NCBI GenBank assembly: GCA_013265495.1
Contig: MU057781.1
Span: 808,001-872,000 of the forward strand
Direction of reading: 5' to 3'
DNA: 64,000 bases
From: Vicugna vicugna
Lineage: Eukaryota
Position numbers and translations under genes: made by a program. This document shows positions 49,207 through 63,326 of this stretch, piece after piece. Each line of letters begins with the position of its first letter. The stretch's first letter is position 1. The notes under the pieces are model-generated. The model was not told the origin of the DNA. It did not search any database and was given only the letters and a program-made list of their open reading frames with translations.

Positions 49207-49984
49207 GGTGGGAGGCTCAGGTGGGCACGGGCAGCCCCTGTGCCACATGAGGGTCCAGTTGGCCTGGTCCACACTGCACTGCCCCCAGGCCCCCTGCTCT
49301 GGCCCGCACCCCAGGAAGGGATTCCCAGCACCGAGGCCTCCCTGTAGAGGGGCTAGAACCCGCCCCCCAAGGGTCTTCTCAGCACGAGGGCTGTGCTGCA
49401 GGCAGGGGCTGGACTCGGGGTGCAGCTGGGACCTTTTGGAAGCCACCGTCACAGTCACACACAGTGACCACCAAGCCTCTGCCAACGGGACAGACGAGGG
49501 GAGACCCCGTGTGCCTGGCGGCCGCGTCACAGCCCACTGCTGCACCCGAGGACAGTCAGCGGGCTGGGAAGGCTCCACCGACTCCAGCCGCCAGGACCCG
49601 GCAGGTACGCCTTTCCGTGTACCTCTGGGTGGCCCGCTCGGCTCCGACTGTAACCCACCCCGGTCGCTTCCTCGTCCTGGGCTCACCGAGCGCAGAGAGT
49701 GGCAGAGCGTGACCCCGATCAGCCTCCTGACCCCTGGGCCCACCCTGGAAGCAGGCATGTGGCCTCGGCGTTCAGAGCTTGGGGCCCCATCAGCGTCCCA
49801 TCCTCCCAGGTTCAGGGGGCCGGAGGAGGGGGCGTCCCTCATCAGCTGCCTCTTTTCTGAGGCCGGGGTCGTGGGTCACAAGTGCAGGCAAACAACAGTG
49901 TCCGTTCCTGGAGATGCAGGTGCCCAGCCCCGCTCAGACCTGGCCCGCCGGCTGGGTTTTCACGCCCCTTCCTTGCTCTGCTCT

Positions 49985-50290
49985 GACTGTAAAAATTACA
50001 GCCGTTCATCCTACATTATTAAGAAAATGTGGAAAAAATGTTAGAGAACAAAATTAAAATTACCCGTAATCACACCCAACAGAGATGATCACAGCTGCCT
50101 CTTTGGTGTCTTTCTTTTAGAGGGATGTGCATGTGTGTGCACTCCTAGACACACACGGACACACACACACGGATACACACGCACACGTGTGCACACAGAG
50201 GTACAGACACACCCACAGACACACCCACCCAGAGCCGCTGAGGGAATTCTGTGCACAGCATCATTTTGTTCACATTTTTCATGCGTTAAA
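49985..50290 (-). mobile_element. L1ME-type 3' remnant with a (CA)-rich tract at about 50125-50230
   Basis: gaaaatgtggaaaaaatg...aaaattacccgtaatcacacccaacagagatgatcac. Confidence 0.55.
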
Positions 50291-51769
50291 ATTTGTTCAG
50301 AAACAACAGGGTTTGAACGGCCTGTGCAGGGCTCGTGTAATGAACTCCCTGCGCCTGAGTTCGCTGTGCCATTCATCCCCATGCTCTTGTGGCTGCGAAC
50401 CACCCCTGACGGGCACGTCTGCCTTTGTCTGAAGAGGCCCTGCTCCCTGGAGGGTCTCCTGGGGGCGTTAGTGGATCCACACCTGAGGACACCTTTAAGG
50501 TTCTTGGCGTGAAAAACCATGCAGCCCTTTACAAAAAAACAGATGGTTTGGAGACGGTCTGGAAGGAAACATTTTAAGGGCAAATTTGACACAAAATTTT
50601 AAATAAATGGTGGATGTGCGGTGTTGGGATTAAAACCACGGCCTTTCCTTGCCTTTTCGCAACACTGAGGGTGGCGTGTGCCCACTGCTGCCACAGGCCT
50701 TGGCCAGGACCAGGCCTCTGAGCCCCCGTCCTGCTGCGGAGGACGGACGACCTGGAGGCTTGGGGGCTGGGCTGGCCGAGCTGCTAGGGGTGCCCACCGT
50801 CCCCACCACCCACCACCTCACACCCGCTCCTACATCTGCACGGAGACGTGTGCCTCCAGGCCCTGGACGACACTGAACCCCACCGCGGGGCCTTGCGAGC
50901 TGTTTACCAGGCCGCCTGCGGCTGGATGCTTGGCTTCTCCTCGGGTGTGGGCTGCGCGTGCAGATACGGCCACAGCTGGGTGGGGAGGGGCCCTGCGGGC
51001 GGGACTCTGCCAGACACTGCTCGGGATGGTGGTAGCACTTGACCCTGACGGCCCCCATTTCCCGCGCTGGGAGGGGTGCGCGCCGCCTGCAGGGTGTGCG
51101 CCTGAGTGTGTGCTTCCCAGGAAGCGACACTGGCAAAGTCGGGGTGCCAGGGGCTTTGGGGGGACGTGCCTGTGGGAGGGGGACTGTGACCTCGGACCCG
51201 GCAGTCTCCGCCAAACCAGCCAGGCCACGGCCCCTGGCCGGCGGGGCCGTGCGCATCCATGTACATGGGGACCCTCTTCTGAGGCTCACCTCTACCTGCT
51301 TGATTCTCTTGTTTTCTGGAAGCTGCTGTCTCGTCCTTGGTGGAGGCCAAGTCTGAGGAGGAACAGGGAGGCCCTGGACTGCAGCGAGGGGACAGCGTGG
51401 GGACAAGGCAGGCATGAGGGTAGGGCCCGGGGGCCACGTGGGCTGCCTGTGAGCTGGCCCAGGGGCCCAGGCACCTCAGGCCTGACCCTGGGCGATGCTC
51501 AGGCCAGGAGGTGATTTTCTAAACTGTGTCAGTGAGACCTTTCGTACTAAGCCCCCCAAACCAGCAGCAGTGAGGCCCCCAGGAGCAGGGCGGAGCCAGA
51601 ACAGGGAGGGCCCTGAGGCGGAGCCCTGCGTGGACTGGGCTGCTGGGACGGAGATGCGGGTCAGCAGCAGGAAGCCGCCCCGCAGCGGGGGCTCCGGGCA
51701 CAGCACGGTGAGCTTCGTGTACCTTCGAGGCCTCCGTCCTGCTCTCAGAGTCCCGGGGATGCCGTGTTC

Positions 51770-52705
51770 TTATTTTTAACTCTTACGAGTGGGCTTAGTT
51801 GCGCTGTAAGTCACGCACCGTGCCGTTCACCCATCTGCAGCGGACAGCTCGGCGGTAAAGCCACTGCAACTGTCACCGCAGTCCACGCCGGAGCAGGGTT
51901 GTCACGTCAAGCAGGGACTCCGTGTCCTTGACTGTGTCCCCTCCCTCCCCCAGCCCAAGTGCCCAGCAGCTGCTAATCTGCTTTCTGTCTCTATAGATTC
52001 ACCTTTTCTGGACTTTTCCTGTGAATGGAATCGTATAATTTGTGGACTTCTGCGTCTGGCTTCTTTCACTCGGCGTAACATTTTCAAGGTTCATCTGTGC
52101 AGCAGCGTGTAGCGCAATCCATTCCTCTGCTGGCTGAGTAAGACCCACTGTGCGGACGGACCGCGTTTTGTTTATCTTCACCCACTGGTGGGCCTGTAAC
52201 TGGTTTTCCACCCTTTGGCTCCTGTGACTAACTGAGCCCTGAATATTTGTGCTCAATTTCGGTGTGAGACATAGTAAAGAAACCACGGTGGGAAGGGATA
52301 AATTGGGAGTGCGAGATTGCACATACTAACTACTATATATAAAGCAGATAAGAAAACAAAATTCTTCTGTATAGCACAAGGCGCTATATTCAGTATCTTA
52401 TAGTAACTTATGAAGACAAAGAACACAAAGATGAATCTACGTGTGTGTGCACGACTGACGCCTGATACGGAACGCCAGAAACTGACATGTTTCCGTAGGT
52501 TTCCCTCCTCTCGGGCAAGTACCCAGGAGTGGAATCACAGGGTCACAGGCTGACTCTGCCAGGCTCTGCTCCAAAGTGGTGGCACCATCTTGCACTCCCA
52601 GCAGCCGCGGTGAGGGTTCCGAGGACCGCACCTCCGCTAGCACCCACTACCCCCGTCTTTTCAGTTCTAGCCAGCCCAGTGTGTGTCAGGTGGTCCCCAC
52701 GGCTC
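51770..52705 (-). mobile_element. L1MB-type 3' end, interrupted by a younger L1 fragment
   Basis: ctaatctgctttctgtctctatagattcaccttttctggac...tctggcttctttcactc...ttttcaaggttcatc; it resumes with tacccaggagtggaat...ccaaagtggtggcaccatcttgcactcccagcagc. Confidence 0.85.
52285..52488 (+). mobile_element. Short lineage-specific L1 3'UTR fragment nested in L1MB
   Basis: ggtgggaagggataaattgggag...tactaactactatatataaa...ttcttctgtatagcaca is the reverse-complement counterpart of about 53100-53300. Confidence 0.85.
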
Positions 52706-53067
52706 TTGGGGCTTACTGCGTGAAAAGTTGAAGCAGGTAAGCGTCCAACAATGCTGTGCACAACGATGTGCACAGCACATACCGCACGCGTGAACTCTGG
52801 GAAACACGAGCAATTAAGATCATGAAACTATTGCAAAACTTGAAGGCAGAAACAGTTAAAAATGAAACTGGCGAAAACCTCTAGTTCTCTTGATCCTGTA
52901 TTTTTAAAGCTTCTTTTTCTTTATTTTAGGACATTTAATTTTAGGGTAACATGAATTAATACACAAGGAAGGCTCAGAACGGTTCCTCTGCGTCGATACT
53001 GGTGTTGCTTTTGCGATTTTTCGTGTGTGTGATTATTTTCTCAGTCAGAAAAGGAAGTACGTCTCTT

Positions 53068-55262
53068 GTCTTCTGAAGTACAGTTAGCTACACTGTGTCC
53101 ATTTCTGGTGCACAGCCTCATGTTTCAGTCATACATACACATACACATACTCCTTTTCATATTCTTTCTCATTATAAGTTACTACAATATATTGAATAAA
53201 GTTCCCTGTGCTGTTCAGAAGAAACTTGTTAATCTATTTTATATATAGTAGTTAATATTTACAAATACTGAATTTCCAATTTATTCCTTCCCACCCCCTT
53301 TCCCCCCTGGTAACCATATGTTTGTTTTCTATGTCTGTGAGTCTGTTTCTCTTTTGTAGATAAGTTCATTAGTGTCTTCTTTTTCCTTCCTTTTTCTTTC
53401 TTTCTTTTCTTTTTTTTTTAAGATTCCACATATGAGTGATGTCATATGGTACTTGTCTTTCTCTTTATGTCTCACTTCACTTAGAATGACATTCTCCAGG
53501 TCCATCCATGTTGCTGCAAATGACATTGTTTCATTCTTTTTTATGGCTGAGTAATATTCCATTGTATAAATATACCACAGCTTCTCTCTCCAGTCATCCC
53601 TCCGTGGACACCAAGGTTGCTTCCATGTCTTGGCTGTTGTAAATAGTGCTGCTCTGAACTCGGGGGTGCATGTATCTTTTTGAGTGAAGTGTTTTTGTTT
53701 GCTTTGAATAAATACCCAGGGGTGGCGTTGCTGGATCATATGGTAAGTCTATTTTCAATTTTTTGAGGAACCTCCATACTGCTTCCCATAGTGGCTGCAC
53801 CAGTTTACACCCCCACCAACAGTGCACAATGGTTGGTTCCCTTTTCTCTGCATCCTCGCCAACACTTGTTATTTCTTGTTTGTTTGGCTAATAGCCACTC
53901 TGGCAGGTGTGAGGTGATCTGTCGTTGTGGTTTTGATTTGCATTTCCCTGATGATTAGTGAGGCTCATATGTGCCTGTTGGCCATCTGGATGTCGTCTTT
54001 GGAGAAATGTCTGTTTAGATCTTCCGCCCACTTTTTAATCAACTGGTTTTTTTGCTGTTGAATTGTATGAGTTCTTCACGCATTTTGGGTATTAACCACT
54101 TATCAGACACATGATTTGCAAAAGTTTTCTCTCCTTCAGTAGCTGCCTTTCCGTTTTGTTCACGGTTTCCTTTGCTGTGCAGCAGCTTCTTAGTTTGATG
54201 TAGGCCCATTTATTTATTCTCACTTTTTGTTGCCTTTGCTTTTGGTCTCAAATCCAAAAAATCATCACCAAAACCGATGGCAGGAACTATACTGCCTAAG
54301 TTTTCTCCCAGGAGATTTATGGTTTCGGGCCTTACATTCGGGTCTTTAAGCCATTTTGAGTTAGTTTTCGTGTGTGCTGTAAGACAGGGTCTGGTCTCAG
54401 TCTTTGGCACATGGCTGTCCAGTTTTCCCAACACTGTTTATTGAAGAGACTGTCCCTTCCCCACTGTGTTCTTGGCTCCTTCATCGTGCATTAGTAGACC
54501 GTATGTGTGTGGGCTTATTTCTGGGCTCCCTTCTCGTCCCTGGATCTGTGTGTCTGGCTTTGTGCTAGCACCACACCATTTTGATTCCTGTAGCTACGCC
54601 ACATCATGGCACTACGTTAATACAGAGTGAAGTCGGGAAATGCGATGATGCCTCCGGCTTTGTTTTCTTTTTCCTCGAGGTTCCTTTTGCTATTTGGGTT
54701 TTTGGTGGTTCCATACAATCTTAGGGTTATTTGTCCTACTTCTGTGAAAAATGCCATTGGAATTTTGGCGGGGACTGCCCTGACTCTGTGGCTTGCTTTG
54801 GGTCGGGTGGGCATTTCAGCAATATTGATTCTTCCAATCCATGAGCACGGAATATCTTTGTTTATTTCTGTCTGCTTCAATTTCTTTCATTAATGTTTTG
54901 TAGTTTTCAGTATCAATGTCTCTCACCTCGTTGGTTAAACTTATTCCTAGATATTTTATTCTTTCTGGTGCCGCTGTGAGTAGGACTGTTCTCTTTGTTT
55001 CTCTCTCTGATAGTTACGAGTGTGCAGAAGGCAGCAGACTGCTGTGCATTGATTTTGCTTCCTGCAACTGCACCGAGCTCGCCTGTTCTGATGACGGTTT
55101 GATGGACTCTGTAGAGTTTCATGTCATCTGCAAATAGGGACAGTTTACTTCTTTTTTTTTTCTAATCTGGATCCGTTTTACTTCTTGTTCTTGCCTAATG
55201 TCTCCGACTGGAATTTCCAATACCATTTTGAATAAAGGTGGTGAGAGTGGGCATGCTCGTCT
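53068..55262 (-). mobile_element. 5'-truncated LINE-1 (ORF2 RT/C-terminal part plus 3'UTR), frameshifted
   Basis: Minus-strand peptides [51 protein letters not shown] and KLWYIYTMEYYSAIKKNETMSFAATWMDLE are canonical L1 ORF2 motifs, split across frames. Confidence 0.96.
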
Positions 55263-58200
55263 GGGTCCATATATTCTAACTTCATTTTCATATTGTTACA
55301 GAACAGATCTACGACTTTTGAAGAACACTCACAAAACATTGAGTCGAACATCACGTCCTAAACCACTTCCAGGCCCTCACACGCCCTGAGACAATTCCGT
55401 TAACCTGGACGCATCTTCTCAGAAACGTCGGGAGGTGCCGGTGCGCGCCCGCGTGTACAGGTGGGCATGTGTTTTTAACCAGAGCGAGTTCCTGGGACAT
55501 GTTACAGAGTGTGTTCCAGCCACATGCTGAACCAGCCCCCAAAGGTTGAGTTTCATTTGCTTTCCAGATGTCTCCCTTACCAACAGCAGGAGGGGCTGGT
55601 AAAAGAGGAGAGGAAAAGAGCAAAACGTGGGGAACTCAGGGTCTTTTAGAGACACTGAAGGATGTGTTTACAAAACTAGTGATCTGGCACCAAAAAATGG
55701 GGGTGGGGGAGTGGACGCGATGGCCCTGGGTGTGGTGGGACACGTCCATAATAAAATGCTTCGAAAGTATGGAAGGACACCGGAAAAATCAGAAAAAAAA
55801 TGGAATAAAATGCGCGGGGGTGTCAGAGGTGGCTCTGGGAGCCCGAGCCAGGCGGGGCTGGAGGGCCCCTTTGCAGCAGCGCTCTCCCAGGCCCACCTGT
55901 GCCCCTGGGCGGGCAGGAGAGGGGACCTCCCTCAGGCCCTGGGTGGGGGATGGCACTGTTGTTTTGTGCTAATGCAAAAATCATTCGCAAGGATCAGCAA
56001 TGAGTTAGCGCTCTCACGGGACTTTGATTTTTAAATGAATATTTATGAGCTGTTGCCAAGCTCAGCTGGGCAAGTGTGGGTGTCTTGGAGTCTGTGGGTT
56101 CCTGATTCTGAGCTGAATGATGAAGGCTGGTTACCCTCCCTGAGCTCCAGGAGGGGCTGGCCCTTCGGGCCCTTCCGTCCTGTCCTGCTGCTGCAGGGCC
56201 GCCCCCACCCCTGCCCCTCTGTCTCCCGCCTCCGTGCCTCAGCCCTCCTTTGTGCTTGGCTCCCCACCCCCCCGGGATTCTCCAGGGGAGGCATGAATTC
56301 TCCATCCCCCACTTCCTCTCCCAGAACACGGGGCCCTCCCCCATGTCATCGGCGGCCCCTCCCCAGTATCAGTTGTGGTGCCTCCCCAGTGTCATCTGTG
56401 GCACAGCACAGAAGACCTTGCCCAGTGTTTAATGGGGGGCCCAGCAGGCGAGAAGGAGAATTCGTATGAAAGGGAAGGTTCAGAACTGGCCTGTAGCGGG
56501 TTTCCTCCGAGTGATAAAGTGGCTGAGGTTTGGAGTCTGTTCCCACAGAGATGTGCCCAAGGTCCCCCAGAATCCCAGAAGCAGTGGGCGGGCCCCGGGG
56601 GACTTACGGAAAGACTCCTGGCTCCAGGGGCCCCAGGCGGAGGCGGGCGCCCTGCTTTCAGTTTGTGTCAGGGGTTCTCTGCTGTGCATCCGTCCTGCTG
56701 ACAGAGGCCGGCTGTGAGCGGGGTCGGGGCTGTGCCCACAGTGAGGGGCTGTGTGGCAGGAGGTCCAGCAGTTTCCCTGGAGAGGCCCGGGGCGGAGGTC
56801 CCTAGTTGGTGAGCTGCTGTGATGGGTGGTCCCCCCTGGGCAAGGCCAGCCTTGAGGGGACAGACAGCCGAGGCACCGCAGCACCAGGCTGGCCGCGCTG
56901 CCCCCTGCAGGCTGGCGGTCCATGGACACAAGGCCCAACACTGCCCAGCAGCTCCCAGCCCCTCCTGCCTCCATCCCCTCCGCTCCGGCCCCCTCCGGCT
57001 GCCAGCCTGGTGGGCTCACAGGGGGTGGAGCCTCAGGAAGGTACTTTCTGGTCAGGAGGACAGGGTCCAGGCTCTGGTCGGTCCGGGAGCCCAGGCAGCA
57101 AAGCGAGGGTGGGCAGAAGGTGGGATCCCGAGGGCCAGCTCTGGGCCACTCCATCCTGCCCCTCTGCCCCCAGGAAGAAGCCTGGTTGGGTCGGGGGCGG
57201 AGGTGGGGGTGGGCAGGGCCCCACCCTTAATCAGACGCTGAGGAAGCCTCAGGTGCAGAGTGTTCAGGAAGCAAGGAGGCCGTGGGAGGGCTCCCAGGAC
57301 TGACAGACTTGCTGACTCACAGCGGGAGAGACCAGAGGAAGTGCCTTGGAGGAGCTGGGGGAGGGGAGGGGTGAGGCGGGGGTGATCACAGCCACGTGTC
57401 AGGACAGAGGGCCCAGAAGAGCTGCTGGGGGAGGGGGTCAAATGGATGGGGACCCCTCAGGGCTGGGACTTCCTGGGAGGTCTTCCTGCCTCCGGCTTTG
57501 AACCTGCTGGTCAGCAGTCAGGTCAGCGGTCAGCGGGAAGGGTCCGGAGGGTCTGTGGCCCTGGGCGGTCTCTCAGGGGCGGTGCTGTCAGGCGGGCCCT
57601 CAGAGTGACCCAGTGGCCCAGAGGTCTACCCCCCTCCCCCAGGGCTCCCGGGTGGAGGCCGCCTGGCTGGCTCCTTGGGCCTTGGGCATATCTAGGTGGG
57701 CCTGGCACAGGCGGGGTTGTGTGCGGTAAGTAGTGAGTGTGAGCATGAAGGCGGGTGTGAGTCATGGTGAGTGTGTGGGAGCTCGGGATCCAGCAGAGCC
57801 CAGGTCTGGGGTGTCCCCCGCCCCGCTGCCCCTCCTCTGTCCTGACCGTCCCAGGACCCACCTCCTGTTCTAACACTGATCCCAGACGAGAAGCCCGCCC
57901 CTGACCTTCCTTTTCCTTGGCGGCCCCGCCCCCTCCCTGTGGGCCCCCACCGAGGCCCCCCCCGCACCCCGCCATGACTACACACCCAGCACACCCTGCG
58001 GCCAGGGCCTGGGTGAGGTCATCTTAGCGGGGTGGCTGGAAAAGCCGGTTCTATGGGGCCAGCTGGCCTGTGCTATCAGGTGGATCCTAGGGTCCAGAAA
58101 TGTGGAGCTGGGACTGAGCCATGAGCCTGGGAGGCTGGGCTGGGCGGGGCTGCCCGAGGAGGCAGAGGCTTCCTCCACCCTTGGACCCTTCACACCAGCC

Positions 58201-61200
58201 CCCAAGGGACTAAGAGTGACTGCTCTGTGCTGAGCCCCATTGGCCCCGGGCAGGACAGGCTCCCAGAGACTCCTCAGACCCTGGAGGAGGGGAGGGCAGT
58301 GCAGAGCGGGGGAGGTCTGGGGTCCTGGGTCCCCGGGAAGGGCCCCCTTGTCTTTGGGAGAAGGCTAATGGTTACTCTGGCAGAGGCAGGAAAAAAATCA
58401 CCGGTCAAATTCCTAATTAAAATGCAGCTTAAGCGATGGCTCTGTGCTGGGAGAACCAGTGAAAACCGGGGGCACAGCCTGGGTAACAAGGCTGCCCCCC
58501 ACCCCACCCCGCTTCCCGCACAGCGGAGCACCCCCAGCAGGAGCCGGAGCCTGGTGTTGTGCTGGGACAGGCACCCTAACTGCCCTCCTCGGGGGCGCCC
58601 CTCCCTCCGAGGTCCCCCAGCCCCCCAGCCCTGCCCAGCGGGGAGGCCCCCCCAGCTGGGCCCAAAGCTCCCCTGGGAACTCAGGGCCTTGTCTTATGCT
58701 TTCTGTGTTTTAACCAAATTACAATTTTTAATGAAATAAAGTATTGTAAAAGCTGCCGGTTATAGAAAGCGTGAGAGCACAAAAAGGCATCTCCACCTGG
58801 GGGAGAAATGGGGACGGGAGCGTGTTGGCGGGGCGGGCGGAGGGGGAGGCCGTGGGAGGCTCGCCTCTCCCCAGAGTCCAGCCCCCATGCGCTCAGACCG
58901 ACCTGCAGGAGGCTCCGACAGGCCTGTGAGCCTCATGACAGTGAAGGCCTGTCTCCATGCAGGGCCAGTCAGTGGCTGAAAAGGGGGCCCACCTGGGCCT
59001 CCATGAGGACAGGTGAGGACTGGTGGGGTCAGGTGGGGTCAGGTGGGGTGGGGTGGCAGCACCGTGGGTGGGGATGCTGGGCTGCAGCCCCAGGGGGCAT
59101 GGCCTGCATGGTGGGTGTCCCCCGCCCCGCCTTTGTGTGACACGTGTATGGGGCAGCATCCTGCCGTGTGGACCCCTCTTTAAGCTGTCTATAAGATGAT
59201 CAGCCGTCTTTCTAAATAAGTGAGTTATTTCTGGTGCAGCCCATGAAATGTTCCCGTCCGGAGCTATGCTGACCCAGCCGACGTGCCCAAGGCAGGTGAG
59301 TGCATGTCCCAGGTGCCCCGGGATGCTGGGGCACGCACAGGTGTGCTCAGGGGGTTGGGGAGGCAAGTCCCGCCCCGGCGCTGGGCCCCTCGCAGTAGGT
59401 GGCCCCTCTGCTGGGGAGCTCCTGAGTGGGTGGGCCAGATGGCAGCCCTAGTGTCCACTCAGCGTCCACATGCAGGCTGTGACCTTGAGCAGGAGACTGC
59501 CGCCCAGCTCACGGCCTGGCTGGGGCCTGGCAGGGGGCTCAGCCGGCTCCTTCTGCAGGCCTTTCCCTGTACCCAGATGCTCCCCAATCCCCACCCCAGT
59601 TTTCCTGGCCCATCCAGCCTCCCCTATGGGCCCTGGACCACTGGAAGTTCTGAAAGTCAGGGGCGGTGCGAGGGGAGCCCCCAGCCCTCCCTTGGGTCCG
59701 AAGTGGGTATGTGAGGTTTCCAGGGAGGCCTTCGGTGAAGGGAGAGTGGGGGCCAGGACGGGTTCCCTGGGAGCCACTGAGAGGGCTCATGCCCCCACAT
59801 CACCCCAGACCTGGAGTCCCTGCCAGCTCCTCTCCCCTCCCCAAGCCCCCTTCTCCCTGCACCTCCTCGGCCTCTCCCCAGACAGTGGCTGTGAGGCAGC
59901 CTGGGCTCTCCTGTCCCAAGAGGCAGAGCTGGGTGGGCAGGAATGTGCCCCACTGAGCCCTGACTTTGGCCCATCAGCTGCTGTGCCTGGACCTGGGGGA
60001 GGGCCAGCCCCTGGCCAGGACAGTCACCTCACCACCACCACCTGAGGTCTCGGCGCTGTCTCTGCAGGCGAGTAAGCCTTTCTGTGGAGAAGAATGTGCA
60101 CCTGCCCCCTTGGAGAGACCCACAGAGGGGCCACCGGAGGGTCCAGCCCCGGCCGGGCGGGAGCGTGGCCATCCTCCGTCCCCGGGCCTCAGTTTCCTCT
60201 CCTTTACAAGGTGAGTGAGGATGAGGGGAGTGCCTTCAGGGAGCTGACAGCAAGGATACCCCCAGCTTTCCTGAGACCCCCCCCGTCTCAGGGCCGCGGT
60301 GCCCCCACACAGGCCGCTGCCCCACCTCCCCTCTCCCAGCGGCCCCTGCCCCCCAGAGCCCCCAGGCCTCTGCCCTCACCAGTTCCGACGGGGTCCACTC
60401 CAGCGCCCTGTCCTGGGGCAGCACAAAGGTCTGTTCCTTCACGTATGTGGTCTCCAGTTCTGTGGCTGGATTTCTCAGAAGCCGCAGGATGGCATGTTGA
60501 CAGATGTGAGTGAGCACATGTGCATGTGTGTGTGTGCGCGGGGAGCGTGTGCACAGAGTACGCGTGTGTGTGCGTGTGGGAACGTGGGAGTTAAGACCAG
60601 AAAGCCTTGTTTGGGCTCCTGCTGGAGGAGCAGCGGGGCTCCGCCCCACGGAGGCCGAGACTGCGGGAGCCTGGGAGAGACGGGGCCTGGGAGTCCCTGG
60701 CTTCCAGGGGAGACGCTCGAGTTCAACAAAGAACGGAGTCTGGGGGCCAGGGGTCCAAGAGGCACCGACAGGGCTGGTCCTGGAGCAGCAGGGGTAGGGG
60801 CCCCAGCCAAACACCATCCCCTGGGAGAGGCCCCGCTCGGTGACTGCCCACCGTGGGCAACCTCCCTCCTGGCAGGCCTGCCAGCCCCGCCCGACAGGGT
60901 AGAGAGAGAAGCTCATGGTGCCTCAGAAGGAACGCCCTCCCGGAGACCGGCCTGAGGGGAGCTGCCGGTGCCCGGCTGAGGGCTGGGCCCGCGGGCGCTC
61001 AGGGCAGTGTGGGAGGGAGGGGCGGAGGAGGGCAGGCCCTGCGGGGCGCCTGTGCCATGGGGGAAGTTGCTGGGGGTTCACTGGCCGGGGGGGATGTTGG
61101 GAGAGGAAGGGGGTCTCCCTTGGAGGAACGGGGCGCCAGCCTCGCCCCAGGTGTGCCTGGGCCGCTGGGACCCCGGGGACTGGTGTGTGGCAGGGGCAGA

Positions 61201-62960
61201 GTGAGCTGCAGCCATTGGCAGAAACTGAGCCCAGTGAGGGCCGTGGGCAGGAGGCCTTGCAGAGCCCAGGCCCTCCTGGCACAGGCACGTGCTGCACGCA
61301 GAGGGCGGTCCTCAGAGTGGCCACCGGAGCCGCCTGGCCCCTGGAGGCGGGTGGGAGCCGCCATCAGAGCCCAGGTAAAGGCGCTGGCAGGGCTCCCGCC
61401 CCAGAGGGAGACTCACAGGATGGGCCAGCCTAGCCCTAGGGCCCCTGCCGCCCGCTGGGCACCAGCAACCTGGCCCTGCCGTCTCTGGGGGTCCACACTG
61501 CCACAGAGAGACGTGGGGCCTTTTCTGGCCATGCTGCGGAAGACACAGCCACCAGCAAGCATGCAGCCTGGTTGGGGTGCCTTGCCCTCAGGTGCCCACG
61601 CTGCCCGCGGCCAGGGCCCCTCCTTCACCTGCACCAGCCCCCAGACCCCATCAGGCCAGGCCTCCAGGACTGAGGCCTGACCCCTCCATCTGCGTGGAGT
61701 TGCCTCCAGCCTTGCTGGGGCCGGGCCCGACCTAGGAGCCCCAGCATTTGAGCACCCCTTGGACTGGGCGCCCAAGGCAGCTGTGCCGAGCTCACGGTCC
61801 ACCTGGGGCTCGGGCCCAGGGGTTCTGGGCAGGTGGGGAGGGCTGGACTGCCTGGCTTCGCCTGGCCACTTCAGGCAGCCGAACCTGGGCCAAGGACCTG
61901 CCAACTGCTCCCTGCCTCGGTTTCCCCTCCTGGGCCCTGGGTGTGCAGGAGACCCAGGATGTGTGCAGCCCGCAAACAGCAGACCCCCAACCCATCTCAA
62001 AGCCGCGTGAGTCCCTGCTCTTTCACAGGGGACCCGGCCTCCAGCCCCACAGGGACTTCCCAGGGCAGGGCGTCTGGAGGGTGGGGGGGGACACGCCCCC
62101 TGGCGGCCCACCTTTGATGCTGCAGTGAAGCATCACCACGGTGTGGGGGTGCCATCTGCTGACGCTTCTCCGCATCCCGCGCTAAATTGCGCTGAGTGGC
62201 CGCAGGGCCGGGCGGGGTTGGGGAGGGGCAGTGGGCCGGGCAGGGCTTAGACAACAGGCCTGCAGACACAGGGCTCCCCGCTAGAAGAAGGGTTAAAAGC
62301 TGACAGCGTTCACTAACCTGGCAAACATTTGCTAAATCAAGGTAGGGGAGGGAGCACATCACAGGCTGACCTCTGGGTCTGGCTTCAAGGGAAGGGGCTG
62401 GTTTTCTAGGGCTGAGGCCCTCCAGGTGGAGGAGGCCCAGGCAAGGACTGGGTGGGCCGGCAGGGACAAGGGACTCCTGGCCCTGGAGCAGAGACTGGGG
62501 GCGGGAGAGCCAGCGGGGGGCCAAGACCCCGCTGCTCTTAAAACCTAGACTTTCTGACCTTCTGAGGTCCATAGTGCACGTCCAATTCTGTTTTTAAGTC
62601 TAAAAACTGTCACGGGGTCTTTGAATAATTGTAACCACTTATAAATGTATGTACTTTCCAGTATTTTAAACTGCATTTGTTCGTTTAATACATTTGGTTC
62701 CTTAAGTACCACACTGTGTGGACTGACAAACACCACGGTAAGCAGTGTGTCATTCCTACGAACAAGCACATGTGTTAAAAGGTACGTCTCAGGAAGAGGT
62801 GAGATCGTGGCTCAGACATAAAACGGGCTCATGTTAACGGTGTCATTGACTCATCAATCCAGGGAGAGCTGGGCAGCTGTCACAAGCAGCTTCCAAGAGA
62901 ACTGAGGACGGACACACTGACAGGTTACTAACCCTGGAACTGAGGGAAGAGAACCTGGTT

Positions 62961-63326
62961 TCTGCGTGGCTGGGCGAGGGGGGCCCGGCGGGGCTGACAT
63001 CTGTGCGGCTGGGCGAGGGGGGCTCTGGGGAGCTGACATCTGCATGGCTGGGCGAGGGGGGGTCCGGGGGGGCTGACATCTGTGCGGCTGGGCGAGGGGG
63101 GCCCGGCGGGGCTGACATCTGCACAACTGGGCGAGGGGGGCCCATGGGGGCTCACAGTGACAGGTCAGATGACCTCTACATGACGCATAGAGGGGGGGGC
63201 CGGGGAGGCTGACATCTGTGCGGCTGGGCGAGGGGGGCCCGGCGGGGCTGACATCTGCACAACTGGGCGAGGGGGGCCCATGGGGGCTCACAGTGACAGG
63301 TCAGATGACCTCTACATGACGCATAG
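62961..63326. repeat. ~39-bp G-rich minisatellite with a 136-bp higher-order duplication
   Basis: The unit gctgggcgaggggggcccggcggggctgacatctgtgcg repeats about 7 times. The tail cccatgggggctcacagtgacaggtcagatgacctctacatgacgcatag occurs twice, 136 bp apart. Confidence 0.95.

Noticed and set aside
53068..55262. Possible active retrotransposon or domesticated RT gene
   Set aside because: 5'-truncated and fragmented by frameshifts and stops.
58680..58800. AATAAA (58735-58740) as the end of an unknown gene such as a C10orf91/LINC orthologue
   Set aside because: No supporting exons found; the AT-rich patch may be an old DNA-transposon remnant.
62961..63326. Repeat-spacer appearance suggesting a CRISPR-like array
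   Set aside because: Units are contiguous with no unique spacers, the context is mammalian and there are no cas genes.
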